Assembly (NCBI RefSeq): GCF_002113885.1
Contig: NW_018480074.1
Location: forward strand, 1-64,000
DNA from: Mizuhopecten yessoensis
Lineage: Eukaryota
Direction: 5' to 3'
Length of the DNA stretch: 64,000 nucleotides
The notes under the pieces were generated by a model. That model was not told where the DNA came from. It was given only the letters and a program-made list of their open reading frames with translations, and did no database searches. The translations under genes and the position numbers were made by a program. This document shows, in pieces, positions 1 through 12,189 of the stretch. How positions within the stretch are numbered: position 1 is the first letter of the stretch; every line of letters begins with the position of its first letter.

Positions 1-830
1 TTGTCGTTATAGACATATGATCCCAAATACCTTGACTGATGTTACGTGAATATGTCGCCGATGCCATCTGATCTTCACTATCTCAACTTATGTTATGTAA
101 ACTTTTTGTCACCGACATCTGAATCTCAACTAACTGGTTACTGTAAACTATATCTCCCTGGTAAAAGTCACTGATCATGGGGTCTGCTCGTCCATGTGGA
201 TGAACAAGTTTGTCTAAATGTAAATGTGATATTTCAGGAATAAAGCTGGATAAACCTGGTTATGTTAATGCAGGCCTTGAAAGTCTTTGCCAAGGCTCAC
301 CATAAAGCAACATCATATCATGTTCAACCCTTTGGAACATGATAAACGAAAATGGCCCAGATCTCCACCTACCTGTCACCATAAGCCATACCCCTTTGTA
401 TATGTTACTTATCCTTAACTCTCCCTATTTTGTCACCATAAGCCAAACCTGTTATATATCAATGACCCCCAAATATCACCGACTTGTCGCTGCAAGCTCT
501 ATCGTCCTGGTACACATCACTGATCTCTAATTCTCACGAACTTGTCATCGTAAGTCATATCCCCCTGTAATACCCAGTATGTCATTTACCTCTAATTCTC
601 ACGGACTTGTCACCGTAAGTCATAACCCCCTGTAATACCCACTATGTCATTTACTTTAATTCTCACTAACTTATCACCGTAAGTCATTACCCCTTGTAAT
701 ACCCAGTATGTCATTTACTTTAATTCTCACTAACTTGTCACCGTAAGTCATAACCCCCTGTAATACCCACTATGTCATTTACCTCTAATTCTCACTAACT
801 TGTCACCATAAGCCATATCTGCCTGGTACA
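1..830. repeat. ~64-65 bp minisatellite derived from the PLGRKT exon 3 end and splice donor, decaying toward the window start
   Basis: Units gtcattta(c)ctctaattctcac..acttgtcacc.taagtcat..cccctgtaatacc start at 581, 646, 710 and 774; degenerate copies lie upstream. Confidence 0.8.
179..358. mobile_element. MITE family A, degenerate copy in opposite orientation to the 10864 and 42852 copies
   Basis: atgcaggccttg....tttg.caaggctc core is the reverse complement of the core at ~10960 and ~42945; ends ataaacgaaaatggccc. Confidence 0.55.
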
Positions 831-3176
831 TGAACACAAACGTCAGTGGTAGAAGTGGCGCAATAGCTGATGGATTCTTCTTCCTCATGAACCTGTCAAT
901 ACCAAAAATAACATTTTTTTTTTTTTATATTTTCTGGCTGAGTCAGAATATGTTAATAGCAAAATAATGCAAGTACATACAATACCATATCGTGTCATTA
1001 TTGAAACAACATAACAGTTACACTTAGCCAGAAAATAACCTGTTTTGGTTGCTTCATCTTCTATAAAAAACAAAAAGGGAGAATATATACTCTAAGTTAA
1101 AAAAAAAATCAGAGTGGAACTCTTCTTTGTGATTAAAGCTGATGCATTGGCACCCTTTCCCTTAAATGTCACAAATGATTTGACAGAGAAAAATATGATA
1201 AAGAAATCTAACATAACAGAATGACTTTCTGAAAAAAGAAAAAGAAATAATTTTTGATATGAGGTTAAAGAGTATGTTCATGTAATGTAGGTTAATGTTA
1301 GCAGGAAATCAAATTTTATATGCTATGTTAGTTGAAAAGGCAAGTAACATCACCCATCATTAAACAAACTACATTGTACATGAATACATACACTATATGA
1401 AGAGAACAAGAGGTCCAATGGGCCTGTATGACTTATGTATAATTTTACATCCCTGACCTTTCATTACAATACACATGAATCTTTGTTGAAAGATTTTAGC
1501 TCTTATTATTAATGTAACCTTTAAAGATGGTCTAGGTCATTCGTTTCGATCACATACATCATTGCACTTTACACCATTAAGCTACAGGCCAAATATCATG
1601 ACCCTCAAAATATCATAAATCAGAAAAAAATGTTTTAAAGGTTTAACCTCATATAACTCAAGGTCATTCGCTTGAACAAACTTGATAGCCTTTCAGCCCA
1701 GCATCCGAGGCCAATGGGTTCTTCAGAAGAACTTATATATAACGGTAGTTGAAGTTTTAATTATCTGACCTTTGACGTTGAAATTGGGTTAATGCAAGGT
1801 AATCTATTTGAAAAAAATTGATAGGCCTTCATACTAGCATGCTACTGGCTAAATATCATCACCCCAAGCCTTTTGGTTATTGTTATATAACTTATCAATG
1901 TCAACACTTTCAACTGAAAGACATTTTAAACCAACAACTTACCTCTTTATCCTATGCCACAGGAATGAGGAAATAATCAGATAACCAACAAGAGTGAGGG
2001 GAAGAAATGTCTGTAACTGGCTTGTGTATGACTTATCTTTTATATGAGTTACAGTCAGGGGAGTTTGAAGTTCAAGCCATAGCAAGGCTGCAACCTCGCA
2101 TGTTTTGTAGAGCCAACAGACAGTATACGTAGCTATATACCTATGACTGTCAGTCAAAATATGCATGTACACAGAATATTGAGCAATGGTTTCCTCATAA
2201 TCATCTACCTAAGCAGAGAACAGAAAATCCTCCATTATGGATGGACCACATAGTAGTTGCATCCTCCGATCACTTATCCTCAAACTTTAAGTGATTTTTG
2301 TGACACTGACCTAGTACTTCTTGGTCATGCACCAAAGGAAATATATATCTAATACCTGAATGTTTAATTGCAAAGTGTGATACTTATTACCAGTATTAAT
2401 CACACAAAATTTGATTACATGTATACGTGAAAATGCTAACCTCCTTACCCTGCTATTCCACCGATACAGGCAAGGCCATAGAAAGCAGCATAGAAATTAA
2501 ACATGTCCCTTGCTCTGGCGACTTGTGCTGCCATAGCTCGCTCCCTCATCTGATTATTCATCTGGATCATACGCTCCAGCTACAATAGCAGAAGAAAAGC
2601 AAGTACTGTACATTTCTCAAATATTAAATATCTGATGCATATATGTAGCACCTATTCCTTAAGTGCAAATATACACCAATAATATCTTCATGTGTACAGG
2701 TACCATCTCAGACTGTTTATATAAAGCTGACCCTTGAGACTCTTGATTATTTCGGACCAACAATGGCAGTAGATATTACTTACGGTAGTACATTGAGTTT
2801 TAATGGACGAATATTGCAGAAAGCATTTTTTTTCGCTGAAACATTCTTTTAAGGATTATGATGAAAAAGGAGTCATTTCCCAATTTCTAAAATCTCAATC
2901 CTTGGGGTAATCTTCTGAAATGTCAAACATTCAGGTCTTGGCATGCAAAGGTTGCTCCCCTCTGATTGAGATTTCTTTGCCATTAACTCAAACCTGATTC
3001 TATTATTACAAATAACCAAGATTAACATTAGCATTGATATCTGAAAATTGTTAGAAGCTCCTTAGAACTTCTACACGTATAAGATTCACATTTACCTGAA
3101 TTTGTTGCGTCTTCAGCATGAAATCTTGCTGCTTCTTCATGTTTTCGTCCATAGCTTTTCCGACAATTGACCCCAT
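783..3176 (-). CDS. PLGRKT: Plasminogen receptor (KT) homolog; first three coding exons, last exon(s) beyond the window start
   Basis: Exons 3176-3096 (MGSIVGKAMDENMKKQQDFMLKTQQIQ), 2579-2449 (LERMIQMNNQMRERAMAAQVARARDMFNFYAAFYGLACIGGIAG) and 892-783 (FMRKKNPSAIAPLLPLTFVFMYQADMAYGDKLVRIR). All GT-AG with consistent phases (0, 2, 1). Matches recalled PLGRKT motifs MG..K.M.E.MK.Q..FM, LERQ..MQ..MRER.MA.Q.A, P.PL.F..YQ.D..YG. Confidence 0.93.
1405..1900 (-). mobile_element. Helentron-associated (HINE/pearl-like) element remnant with internal tandem units
   Basis: Begins aacaagaggtccaatgggcc, the reverse of the 3' palindrome/tcttgtt end seen at ~46680. Repeated ggtcattc / tgctactgg..aaatatca motifs recur at 39500-39810. 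Confidence 0.55.
1943..2208 (-). CDS. Candidate alternative (mutually exclusive) exon in PLGRKT intron 2
   Basis: Acceptor ttttctgttctctgcttag, consensus donor AG|gtaagt, 266 nt fully open in frame 0 (VDDYEETIAQ...TFLPLTLVGYLIISSFLWHRIKR). Phases 0/2 are identical to exon 2. Confidence 0.4.
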
Positions 3177-4294
3177 TTTGTCTATTTATCTACAAAATTA
3201 TGGAAAATTTCATAATACATGTACAAAACACTTAAAGCTGTGCAAATTTTAACTGATTTTTGTACTGTCAATACCATACAGTGGGAACAAAACCAGCTCT
3301 CTGATTGGTTGACAAAAATATAAGTTTATTAATTAAATATTTGTTGACCAAACAGATTGCTGATTGTAAAACCACTCTTTTAAAACCCGCGGAACATTCG
3401 TTGAATATTTGAAACATTGCCAGCTAGATGAATCAGTTTTGGCCTTGCTGTGATCATGATTCATTAATTATTCAATGAAACTGAAGATTTTGTAATCAAG
3501 GTATATGATCTCACCATTGCTGAATTGCAGCTAAACACAACCAAACCTGCCCAGCTCCTGTTCCAGGTTTGGGAATGTTAGAAGTACATTGTCATACTCA
3601 TGATCAATATAGTAGGATTTGGTAGGACTCTTGTTATATTCACAGGTTAGATTGATCCTTCACATCCTTCTCTTGTTAAGTGCAACTACTCTGAAATGGC
3701 CGACTACATATGTCTCCTTTTAGATTTTTTTTGACGGAGCGCTGAATCAACTTTTTTTTTAAAAGCATACTTTTTTTGGACTTATAAGTGCAACATACCC
3801 TGGTTTACAAATTTAAACTCATTTACTATCCTGTCTGAAAACTTTTCACTACATCTTTACTTTTTTAAGAATAACATTTAACCAAAGAACTATGTGTATT
3901 CTTAATCAATATTGCAGTATAATCTGGAGTGACCAGTTTCTCAGCCCTTCAGGGAGAAAGTACCAATTAAATGAATAAGAGCAAAATTAAACAATGCTTC
4001 ACATTGGTAATCAATAATGCTATTTTTGTGCAAACAAAAAATGCAGAAAATCTGAAAATATAAAATCAACAACACACAGGACAAAAAAATCAAAGTACTA
4101 AGTTGAAACATACATAGTCCAATGCTGAAACTGGAAATTACCCTAGAGTAGTACCAAAACATCTCATTGCCAAAATACCATTAACCCTTCTGCATTTGTG
4201 TTATGGTCCAAAATTGCTGAAACTATATACATCTGATAAAAAAAAGTCGACCAGTAGCATCTTACATTGAGTAGTGGTGAATCTGTAGAATGAG

Positions 4295-4790
4295 ACCAAC
4301 CCCAACATTAACCCAAGTTTTCTCTGGCCCTGACACCAGACTTAGAGATATTGACACAAAAATGTCTGGTTATCAATCTCTCAAAATGTCTCCGCCTGGG
4401 CATCAGGGCCAGAAAATACTTGGGCTACTAATATAAGATACTCGGCCCTGAGTTTACCCAGATATTCTATACATACAGAAACCCTTACTGGTCGGAGTTT
4501 CCTCTGGCCCTGACACCAGACTTTGACACATAAATGTCATCAAACTCTCAAAATGTCTCAGGGCCAGAAAAAACTTGGGCTTTTCAGATAGCCCTGAATT
4601 TACCTGGATATCCTAGATAAAGATACCCTGACTAGCCCAACTTTCCTCTAGATCTGTTCCTGACACAAGAATAAGACATTTGACACATTGGCCTAGATGT
4701 CTGGTGTAGGTCCCATTACATATGAAATAACATGTCAGGGTATTAGCCCAAGTTTCCTCTGGTTTTGACACCATGCCAGAGTTTGACATT
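4295..4790. repeat. Degenerate tandem/inverted repeat cluster
   Basis: Repeated cccaagttt.ctctggccctgacaccaga and its inverse tcagggccagaaaa.acttgggc. Confidence 0.6.
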
Positions 4791-4977
4791 TTGACAAATA
4801 CTGAGATATAGTACATTGTCATGTCATTTGGAGTACCCGGTACTCCTCGCAAACAAACATATTTGCTTCAAGAAAGTCACAATAGAGTGCATCATTGCAA
4901 CCTTCTGTATCAGGATTTTCCATCCAGACATCAATAACTTGGATTAATTGTAGAACAGTCGACCTTCCACAACACAC

Positions 4978-5325
4978 TAGTGGAACTGGACTGGTTGGAT
5001 CATTGGCGACCAGATAACTCAATTGGTCGAGCGTCCGTCAACAGTTCGGAGGGTCCCAGGTTCCTCTGGCCATGCATTTCCCATCTGCTATTACATTTGG
5101 TGCCAGTGACCAACCCTTGTTTCAAGTACTAGGGATACCTGAACCTGGGTTGTAAATACATGTAGTTGTGTCTATGGGGGCAAAGACTTAGGAAAATGAG
5201 GGAGGAATGTAGCAGAACTGGACTGCGTAGATGATGTCAGCGACCAGTTATAGGTTACATCTAGAGTTCGAAGGGTCCCAGGTTCGAACCCTGGTCTGAC
5301 CGTGCATTTTTCATCTCCTATTACA
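4978..5325 (+). mobile_element. Miniature non-autonomous LTR retrotransposon (TRIM) with tRNA-like sequence in both LTRs (Ajax-like)
   Basis: LTR1 ~4978-5095 ends ctattaca; PBS-like tggtgccagtgacc follows; ~110 bp internal region; PPT ggaaaatgagggaggaa; LTR2 5208-5325 (TGTAG...TTACA). LTRs carry A-box-like taactcaattgg and B-box ggttcgaacc. Confidence 0.7.
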
Positions 5326-5326
5326 C

Positions 5327-5788
5327 AGGTTGGGCACAACAGTGCATATGGGTAATAATCCTGCATTTGGGTAACATCTTTGTATGTTATGGGTGAATGC
5401 ACTTCGAATCTACTTTCACTATCCTATATAAAAAGTCAAAATTTTGTACTTCACTATCTTTATTAAAAATCGCTATTTATATGGTTATTATAAACAACTT
5501 TTGGTTAAACGTTTTTTTGTGTTTGGACATTTTCGTGATTTTAGAAGTCTCAACTTTTCTAAGGCTTCAAAGGTCGTGAAATACTTTCAAAACCAAAAAC
5601 TGTTCAACCAAAAGTTGTTTGTAATAACCGATAGATATGGCGATTTTCAAAGACGTAAGTTAAGTACAAAATTTTGATGTTTTATATAGGATATAGTGAA
5701 AGTAGATTTGAAGTGCATTCAACCATAACATACAAAGATGTTACCCAAATGCGGGATTATTGCCCATATGCGCTGTTGTGCCCAACCT
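5327..5788. mobile_element. Foldback/MITE with ~190 bp inverted arms
   Basis: aggttgggcacaacag.gcatatggg...aacttttggtt is mirrored by aaccaaaagttg...cccatatgcgctgttgtgcccaacct. The paired ORFs 5172-5402(-) and 5674-5859(+) are by-products. Confidence 0.85.
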
Positions 5789-6229
5789 TTTACACACACG
5801 ATAAATTAGAAAATGAATATAACAATGTCCATCATTTACAAAATATACGTGTATCTTAAGGTGGTCAAAAGTTATATATTTTTTTACTGGTTTACCTTTC
5901 AACATAATGTTTGTTACTCCTTTAAGTATAATTAAGAGTTTAAATATGTATTATAAACTATTTATAAGTATAAGTATAGTTTTAATCCCTGCACAACCGG
6001 AGTGCGCTGTTGGCAGGCTATTCTGCTGGCAACATATCAAGTGAGAAGAGGACATTCCTATCGACGTTCAACAACAGCAACTGAAGGACGAATTGTTCCC
6101 TGACAGTGCCAACGGAGCCGAATCAAAAACCTGAAACTTGCCCAATAACACAATCAAAATACTCCAAATAGAAAATGCATACCTGACAACGCCCACTGCT
6201 CTACGTACCTGTCAAGACAAACCAATAAA

Positions 6230-6420
6230 ATACTAGACCAGTTTAAAGTTCGCCGTCCAAACCGGGCCGTTCTAAATAAAATTACCCGGATATGTAAACA
6301 TTAAGATAAGGGGTCGAGGTCTGTTGACCGCTTAAATTCTAAGCCTGACTTGCAAGCGTCCAACGAACAGCGACCGGAAGTTTAGATGCTGGTAGATGAT
6401 GGAGTGATATAATGATGTTT
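6230..6420. promoter_or_regulatory. Probable bidirectional promoter between PLGRKT and the FN3-like gene
   Basis: Locally CpG-richer; ETS-type CCGGAAGT at ~6375; donor-like sites on the minus strand at ~6180 and ~6206 (possible PLGRKT 5'UTR exon); plus-strand ATG at 6700. Confidence 0.4.
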
Positions 6421-6699
6421 TCCAGTTTTGAGGCCGTTGTTTTAAAGAAAAACAGCTTTATACGTATATATGTTGATTGCGATTTCTTACTTAAGCAAAA
6501 AACGTAATATTGTGTACAGGTTTACACTATGAAAGATCATCGATATGTGAGATAATAGAGTGTTTACAGTCAAATTCGACAACCCGAAAAATGTAATACA
6601 TCGAACTCTGATGAGGATGTGACTACAGAATCGATATGAAGTTTATATGCAGTGACAAGTTACAAAAAAAGACGTCGCCATACTCTCTTCAAATCTGAA

Positions 6700-9600
6700 A
6701 TGAGACATAAAGTTAAACTTCCACTTATCTTGCAGTGCATCGTGTTTTTGGGTAATTACTCGGGGAATTATTTTGGACATGACAGTTTCACAGTACAAAA
6801 CAGCAAAATGTGTGCATCTAGGCACCTCTTCAGACCCACCCACCCCCCTCCATTGTAGTGAATTAATTGTTAACTGAACTGTATTTAAGTGACCACATGT
6901 GTTAATCAAGTCGTTTCGGGACATATACCCGATTGACAGTGTGTTGTTACCTGATGAAACTAATCTCATTATCAAATACAGATCTAGAGGAACTTATGAT
7001 ATTCAACATCAACTTCTTTCATTACTGATAGGATTATTCCTTATTTGATATTGTAATAATATGTTTTCAATTCACTTTATTCTCTGTTATTGTTATTGAC
7101 ATTAAGAGACGAATGAGTTAACATTGATTCTAACAATGTTTTAAGCATTTATTTTTGCTACATATTGTAACTTAATTTCATGAAAGTAAATACATGAATC
7201 ACATACAATATATTTTAGAATCAATTCATTAAATCCAGCAATATAGTTAATAAAATCATGTAATGTGTAATGGTAAATGTTTGAAGGGAGAAGACTATGA
7301 CAAGTTGTTATAATTATATACGACCGTTTAAATTTGACGGTAGTTTTATGGTATGGCTCCGTCCGTCGTAACTTTATTTGTCCGGCAATCTCCTCTTACA
7401 TTTTTCGACTGATCTATTTGAGACTTGGTGTACATTATAATCATGATATGAAGTTGTGTCTCCCTTAAAAGAATTTTGATTCAACGATTTTTGCAAAATT
7501 TATTGCCTTTTGTTCATTTCAGTATTTGAATTTTTTGTCTGAAGATTTTCTCCTACATTTTTTATAGCATATCAGCTAACCACTCTTAGAATGATGCAGA
7601 TCTTATTTCAATGTAAGAAAGTATATAACACTATATGGAATTCGACGAGCGTATCTTGTTCCGCCCCGCAGTACTCTTGTTATCCAATCGAATGTCTAAA
7701 ATTTAGTTGACATTTAAATATGTCTTAGAAAAAAAAGGGGGCAATGGACTTGGTATCTACAAAAGATTAAAAAAATGACTTTCGTCTTGTTCCGAAAACA
7801 ACCTGCCACCTGTTTAAAGACCACCTTTAAGTTTAGGACATCCTGCGTGTGGTCTCTTACTACATGTTTGACTGTAACAGTTACTTATGTGATGTATAAA
7901 CAGGTACCAAAACTGGGCCCATAATGGCATTGTTCAATGAGGACAACAAGAATGGTTGAGTTGTCATTACAGAGTAAATGATGTAATTATTGCAAAATAC
8001 ACTATTTTTATACCTGTTCACTGGCCTGGTAAATTTTAGGAATTGTATTTCCAAAGAAATGTACTCTATGTGATGAAAATATCTGTTAGAACCTAAATAC
8101 CAGGTACTAAATATGGTCACTGTTGAGGTGTGGATGTTTTTTTATGTTCCTAATGAGTCCAAAAGGTGGTTGATAGTACTCATGGGAAAAAAAAAGAGTT
8201 TCACTGTAGTTTACAATCTTGTAGTTCAAATTTTATTTACATATAATATATTTTTCACAGGTGCCTGTATGCTGGCATACACTGGAACACTCCCAGGGCT
8301 TCACATGGAGATGGAAAGTGTTTGTGTGGATGGAGCAGCCATTTTAGTATCACTACATGCACTGACCACAACACCTGTTTCGTGTACTGTGTGGTACAAG
8401 GATTTGGAAAGAAGCAGATCTATAGCCAATAAAACTGAGCCAATTATGGTTACCGAGAACAATGTCACACTAGGCAATCTCAAAAAGACCACACAATATC
8501 TCGTCCATGTGATTTGTGATGACAATGAGTCCCTTCAGAAAACTGTACTTACAGGTAAACACCGTCATCTATATCTATAATGTGATTGTTACAATGTTCA
8601 AATGTTACTAGCCCATACTCAAGCTGTGGAGAAATCCGTTCATCCCTTATCTTGTTTCTATATATATATATCATAACTTCCGAGTATCTTAATTTTATTT
8701 TGTAAAACTTGATAGAGGAATGTATCATAGCATGACAGTAGGTCACATTAAAAAAAATGTTTGTGTGCAGTCTCCCAATTCAACCAACATGCTTAAAATG
8801 GCACCTACTCAAATTTAGTTTTGGAGCTTTTGGTAAACATCTTATTTTTCTTAATGAAAAAATCACAGACACCAAGGGTTTTAATAAAGAAATACGAGAT
8901 TTCTTAAAATATATAAAAAAAAAAAATCAAATTAAGAAATGTGAGTTGGGAAACTGCAAACAAAGAATTTTTAAGGATGGCCTTAAAATCATAAGCAGTC
9001 TGGATTTACATTTGAAACTGTATTACAATGTGTTATTAGACTAATAAAATCTTTTACCTGTAACTGAGTGAGATCGGGTTATCTCAGTCGAGGGTTACAG
9101 GTAATATGATAATTACCTCTTCACTAATAAAGCTACATTTGAATGCTTCTGCGTATAAATGTAGTCTGTGCTTACATAGATTACAGCGTATTTCACAGTG
9201 TAGATTATATTTTATCTACAACATCAAAACTATACATATAACGACAAAACATTTATAATGCAGAGTGTCAATTTCAAGCAGTTAACGGGAGGATGAATAC
9301 ATTGCAGTGTAAAAATTTCGTGAAATGTCACGTAAAGGTACAAGATAGGTCGGACAGGATAGAAAAATCTAGCATGGGGTATGACATGGGATATCGATAT
9401 CTCTGTCTGAGGTGCGAGAAATATTTGTCCATCTCATGACTCCATCCTAGAATTCATTTGTATATATCAGATGTTCATTGTAGACATTTTTCATAGTCAA
9501 TAATAATATCCTTATCCTTATATTAGGCCATATTGCTTGAATTAACTTTACACAATTCAAGTTTTTAGTAGAATGTGTTGACAGTCATCCCTTCTATGTA

Positions 9601-10176
9601 ATGCATTACCCTACATCCAGAAATTGACTTTGTACTTACCAGGTAAATGCCTGCCAGACCAGAGATCCAATTCTAACAGAGATGATGGGCCCAATGTCAT
9701 ATACAAGGAGCAAGCTATTTTTTCATCGTCAGCTGTAGACATCATACTAGGTTTGATGTTTAGTGTGGCGGCCATCATCACGGTTACCATGACAGCCTAT
9801 TATATGTATCGCAAGTATCAACGCAGAAGACGACTACAGCAATTTCTTCGGTTAGTTTTTAACTAATTCTTACTCGAAAAATCTTTTTAAGATGAGATTT
9901 AGATCGCACAAAAGATTTCAGAAACTATATAAAGCTTTGTTTGATTATCATTTCTTTACATGTAACTTTTCCAAATAAGAAATCTTGTCACACTGTCAAC
10001 ATCAAGTTTATTGTTGGTCAAACCTCTTCCTCTAACAATAATTTGCTGTTCTTGCAATATAGCAGAATTCGGAAACATCACTTCACTAAATGAGCATTGT
10101 TTGTTGTCTTTGTTGCAGTACGCCACACACAGATCCCTTTGAAAGTCTTCAGAGTTACATGGAAGACGACTCCTGA
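6700..10176 (+). CDS. Small type I membrane protein with one FN3-like domain (203 aa)
   Basis: Exons 6700-6751, 8261-8554, 9643-9850 and 10119-10176 splice in frame (phases 1, 1, 2). Signal peptide MRHKVKLPLILQCIVFLGACMLA; FN3-like VTLGNLKKTTQYLVHV; TM IILGLMFSVAAIITVTMTAYYMY; basic RKYQRRRR; tail TPHTDPFESLQSYMEDDS*. Confidence 0.85.
7313..7681 (+). mobile_element. HINE/DINE-1-like element in intron 1 of the FN3-like gene
   Basis: 5' ttatatacgaccgtttaaatttgacggt stem, tccgtccgtc microsatellite, 3' end ...tactcttgtt. Confidence 0.55.
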
Positions 10177-10863
10177 TCAGGGGAGAAAACTCCTGCTCAA
10201 ATTACATCACACGAAGCTCGCCACTGTCTGAGGACAAGAAGATATCTGGAATATCAAGCCTACTGAGGATGGTTATGATTTTGTCACAAAGATATTGACA
10301 ATGTATTTTCAATAGATGATAAAGAAATATCTATAAGCCTGGTAGTACTAGTGTAATGTTTGCTAGACTTGTGTGCATGATTTAACTCCATCTACCAGAC
10401 AATTACAGCAGCTTTCAGGGCACAAACTCTTGTGTATTGGATTTGGTTTTTCCTGCTTGAATGCAATAGAATTCTGTACCATGCATCCTGTCATGGACTT
10501 GTATCTTTATGACCCTAGTCAAAATTTCTAATTGAACGAGACCAATTATCATTTTAAAATATCTAGGAATTTTTAAAAATAACCTATGAGTATTTCTTCC
10601 CTTTGAGTTCTCTGCAATCACTGAATATGCTTGAATATCTGTGAGATTGTAAATTTCATTATTTCTGTTGATTGTAACATTTATATTTGATTGTAACATC
10701 TGCCAGTCAAAATCCCACTAACTATTTAAGGTTAATGTATGCTAAAAATATTTATGATCATTGAGGTTGGTAACATACACTGTAGTGATATGTAATCATT
10801 TGATGTGAACAATGCAGTAAAATCCATGCTATAGATGTATCTTCACTGACATTTCTAAAGCCT

Positions 10864-11028
10864 GGGCTGGTTTCATTTTTATCGTCATCCAACCGGTTGG
10901 TCCAGAGTTGTTCGTTTATGAAAAAAGGTCGGACCCAGTAATCTGATGCTGCTTTCAGGCGAGCCTTGACAAAGCCTGGCAAGGCCTGCATAAACTTTTG
11001 CATGTCCGCCAGAATTTAGACGGGCCCC
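10864..11028. mobile_element. MITE family A copy
   Basis: Shares gtaatctgatg...tttcaggcgagccttgacaaagcct.gcaaggcctgcataaac with the 42852 copy; ends gggc...gcccc. Confidence 0.7.
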
Positions 11029-11279
11029 TTGTATTAACTGCACAATGGGACATTTTTGCCACAGTTCTAACTGCCTTTTTCATCCACCACAACGAGAGCA
11101 AATGTATCTTACAAAAAACCTTAATAAACATTACATATAAACATACTGATGAATGTGAATGGAGTAATCAAATACAAAAGGCAGAATTAACACTCGGCGA
11201 ATAGGGACTTTATCGGCATATGACTAACTTTTTCAGGTACATTGTATCAGTTTGTCTGTTATGAACAGATTTGATAAGT

Positions 11280-11469
11280 TATTCCGTCTTTGCATATTGC
11301 AGAGTTATCTTCTCTCGGGAGCAGGTATTGATTGTTACGTCATTGGCCTGTGTGAGAAAATTACCTTGTTTTCCCAAAAATTGATGACGTTACTCTCACA
11401 AACAAGTGACGTAACAATCAATACCTGCTCCCAAGAGAAGATAACTCTGCAATACGCAAAGACGGAATA
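11280..11469. mobile_element. Palindromic MITE (~190 bp)
   Basis: tattccgtctttgcatattgcagagttatcttctc...gattgttacgtca is mirrored by tgacgtaacaatc...gagaagataactctgcaatacgcaaagacggaata. Confidence 0.85.
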
Positions 11470-11676
11470 CAAGTGATATCAATACACACCACAAGTGTTA
11501 TTGTCTGTATTTCTACTGATACAGTTCCTGGGGAGTTGCCATGGATGACTGTTACATACAGTGTGAGCTTTGTGTGATGTTTTCTATACTGCCTTCATAT
11601 TAACTATGCCAAATAGATATATATATATATATATATACATTGTGACTAACTGTCCTCTACTTCACAAATTCTGTAT

Positions 11677-12189
11677 GCAGGTGTATGGCTGTCACCCTGT
11701 AGAATTGTTGGTTCTGGACGTTTAACATTGTAGAGAACTACTTCTATAAGCAGGTGTATGGCTGTCACCCTGTAAAATTGTTGGTTCTGGACGTCCAACA
11801 TTGTAGAGATCTACTGCTATAAGCAGGTGTATGGCTGTCACCCTGTAAAATTGTTGGTTCTGGACGTCCAACATTGTAGAGATCTACTGCTATAAGCAGG
11901 TGTATGGCTGTCACCCTGTAGAATTGGTGGTTCTGGACGTCCAACATTGTAGAGAACTCCTGCTATAAGCAGGTGTATGGCTGTCACCCTGTAAAATTGT
12001 TGGTTCTGGACGTCCAACATTGTAGAGATCTACTGCTATAAGCAGGTGTATGGCTGTCACCCTGTAGAATTGTTGGTTCTGGACGTTTAACATTGTAGAG
12101 AACTACTGCTATAAGCAGGTGTATGGCTGTCACCCTGTAGAATTGTTGGTTCTGGACGTCTAACATTGTAGAGAACTACTGCTATAAGC
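11677..12189. repeat. 73-bp minisatellite, ~7 copies
   Basis: Unit gcaggtgtatggctgtcaccctgtagaattgttggttctggacgtccaacattgtagaga.ctactgctataa; explains the four staggered 60-aa ORFs. Confidence 0.95.

Noticed and set aside
5005-5300. Functional tRNA genes
   Set aside because: Both copies have deletions that break the cloverleaf and sit inside LTRs.
3096-10176. Analogy to the vertebrate PLGRKT-CD274 head-to-head pair
   Set aside because: The neighbour here is FN3-like with one domain, not an IgV-IgC B7 protein; no evidence of orthology.
10758-11003. Similar peptides at 10758(-) and 42833(-) (FMQAL.GFVKARLK) suggesting paralogous exons
   Set aside because: Both lie in a TIR-bounded interspersed repeat (third copy at 179-358) without splice signals.
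11765-12166. Four near-identical 60-aa ORFs
   Set aside because: Artefact of the 73-bp tandem repeat.
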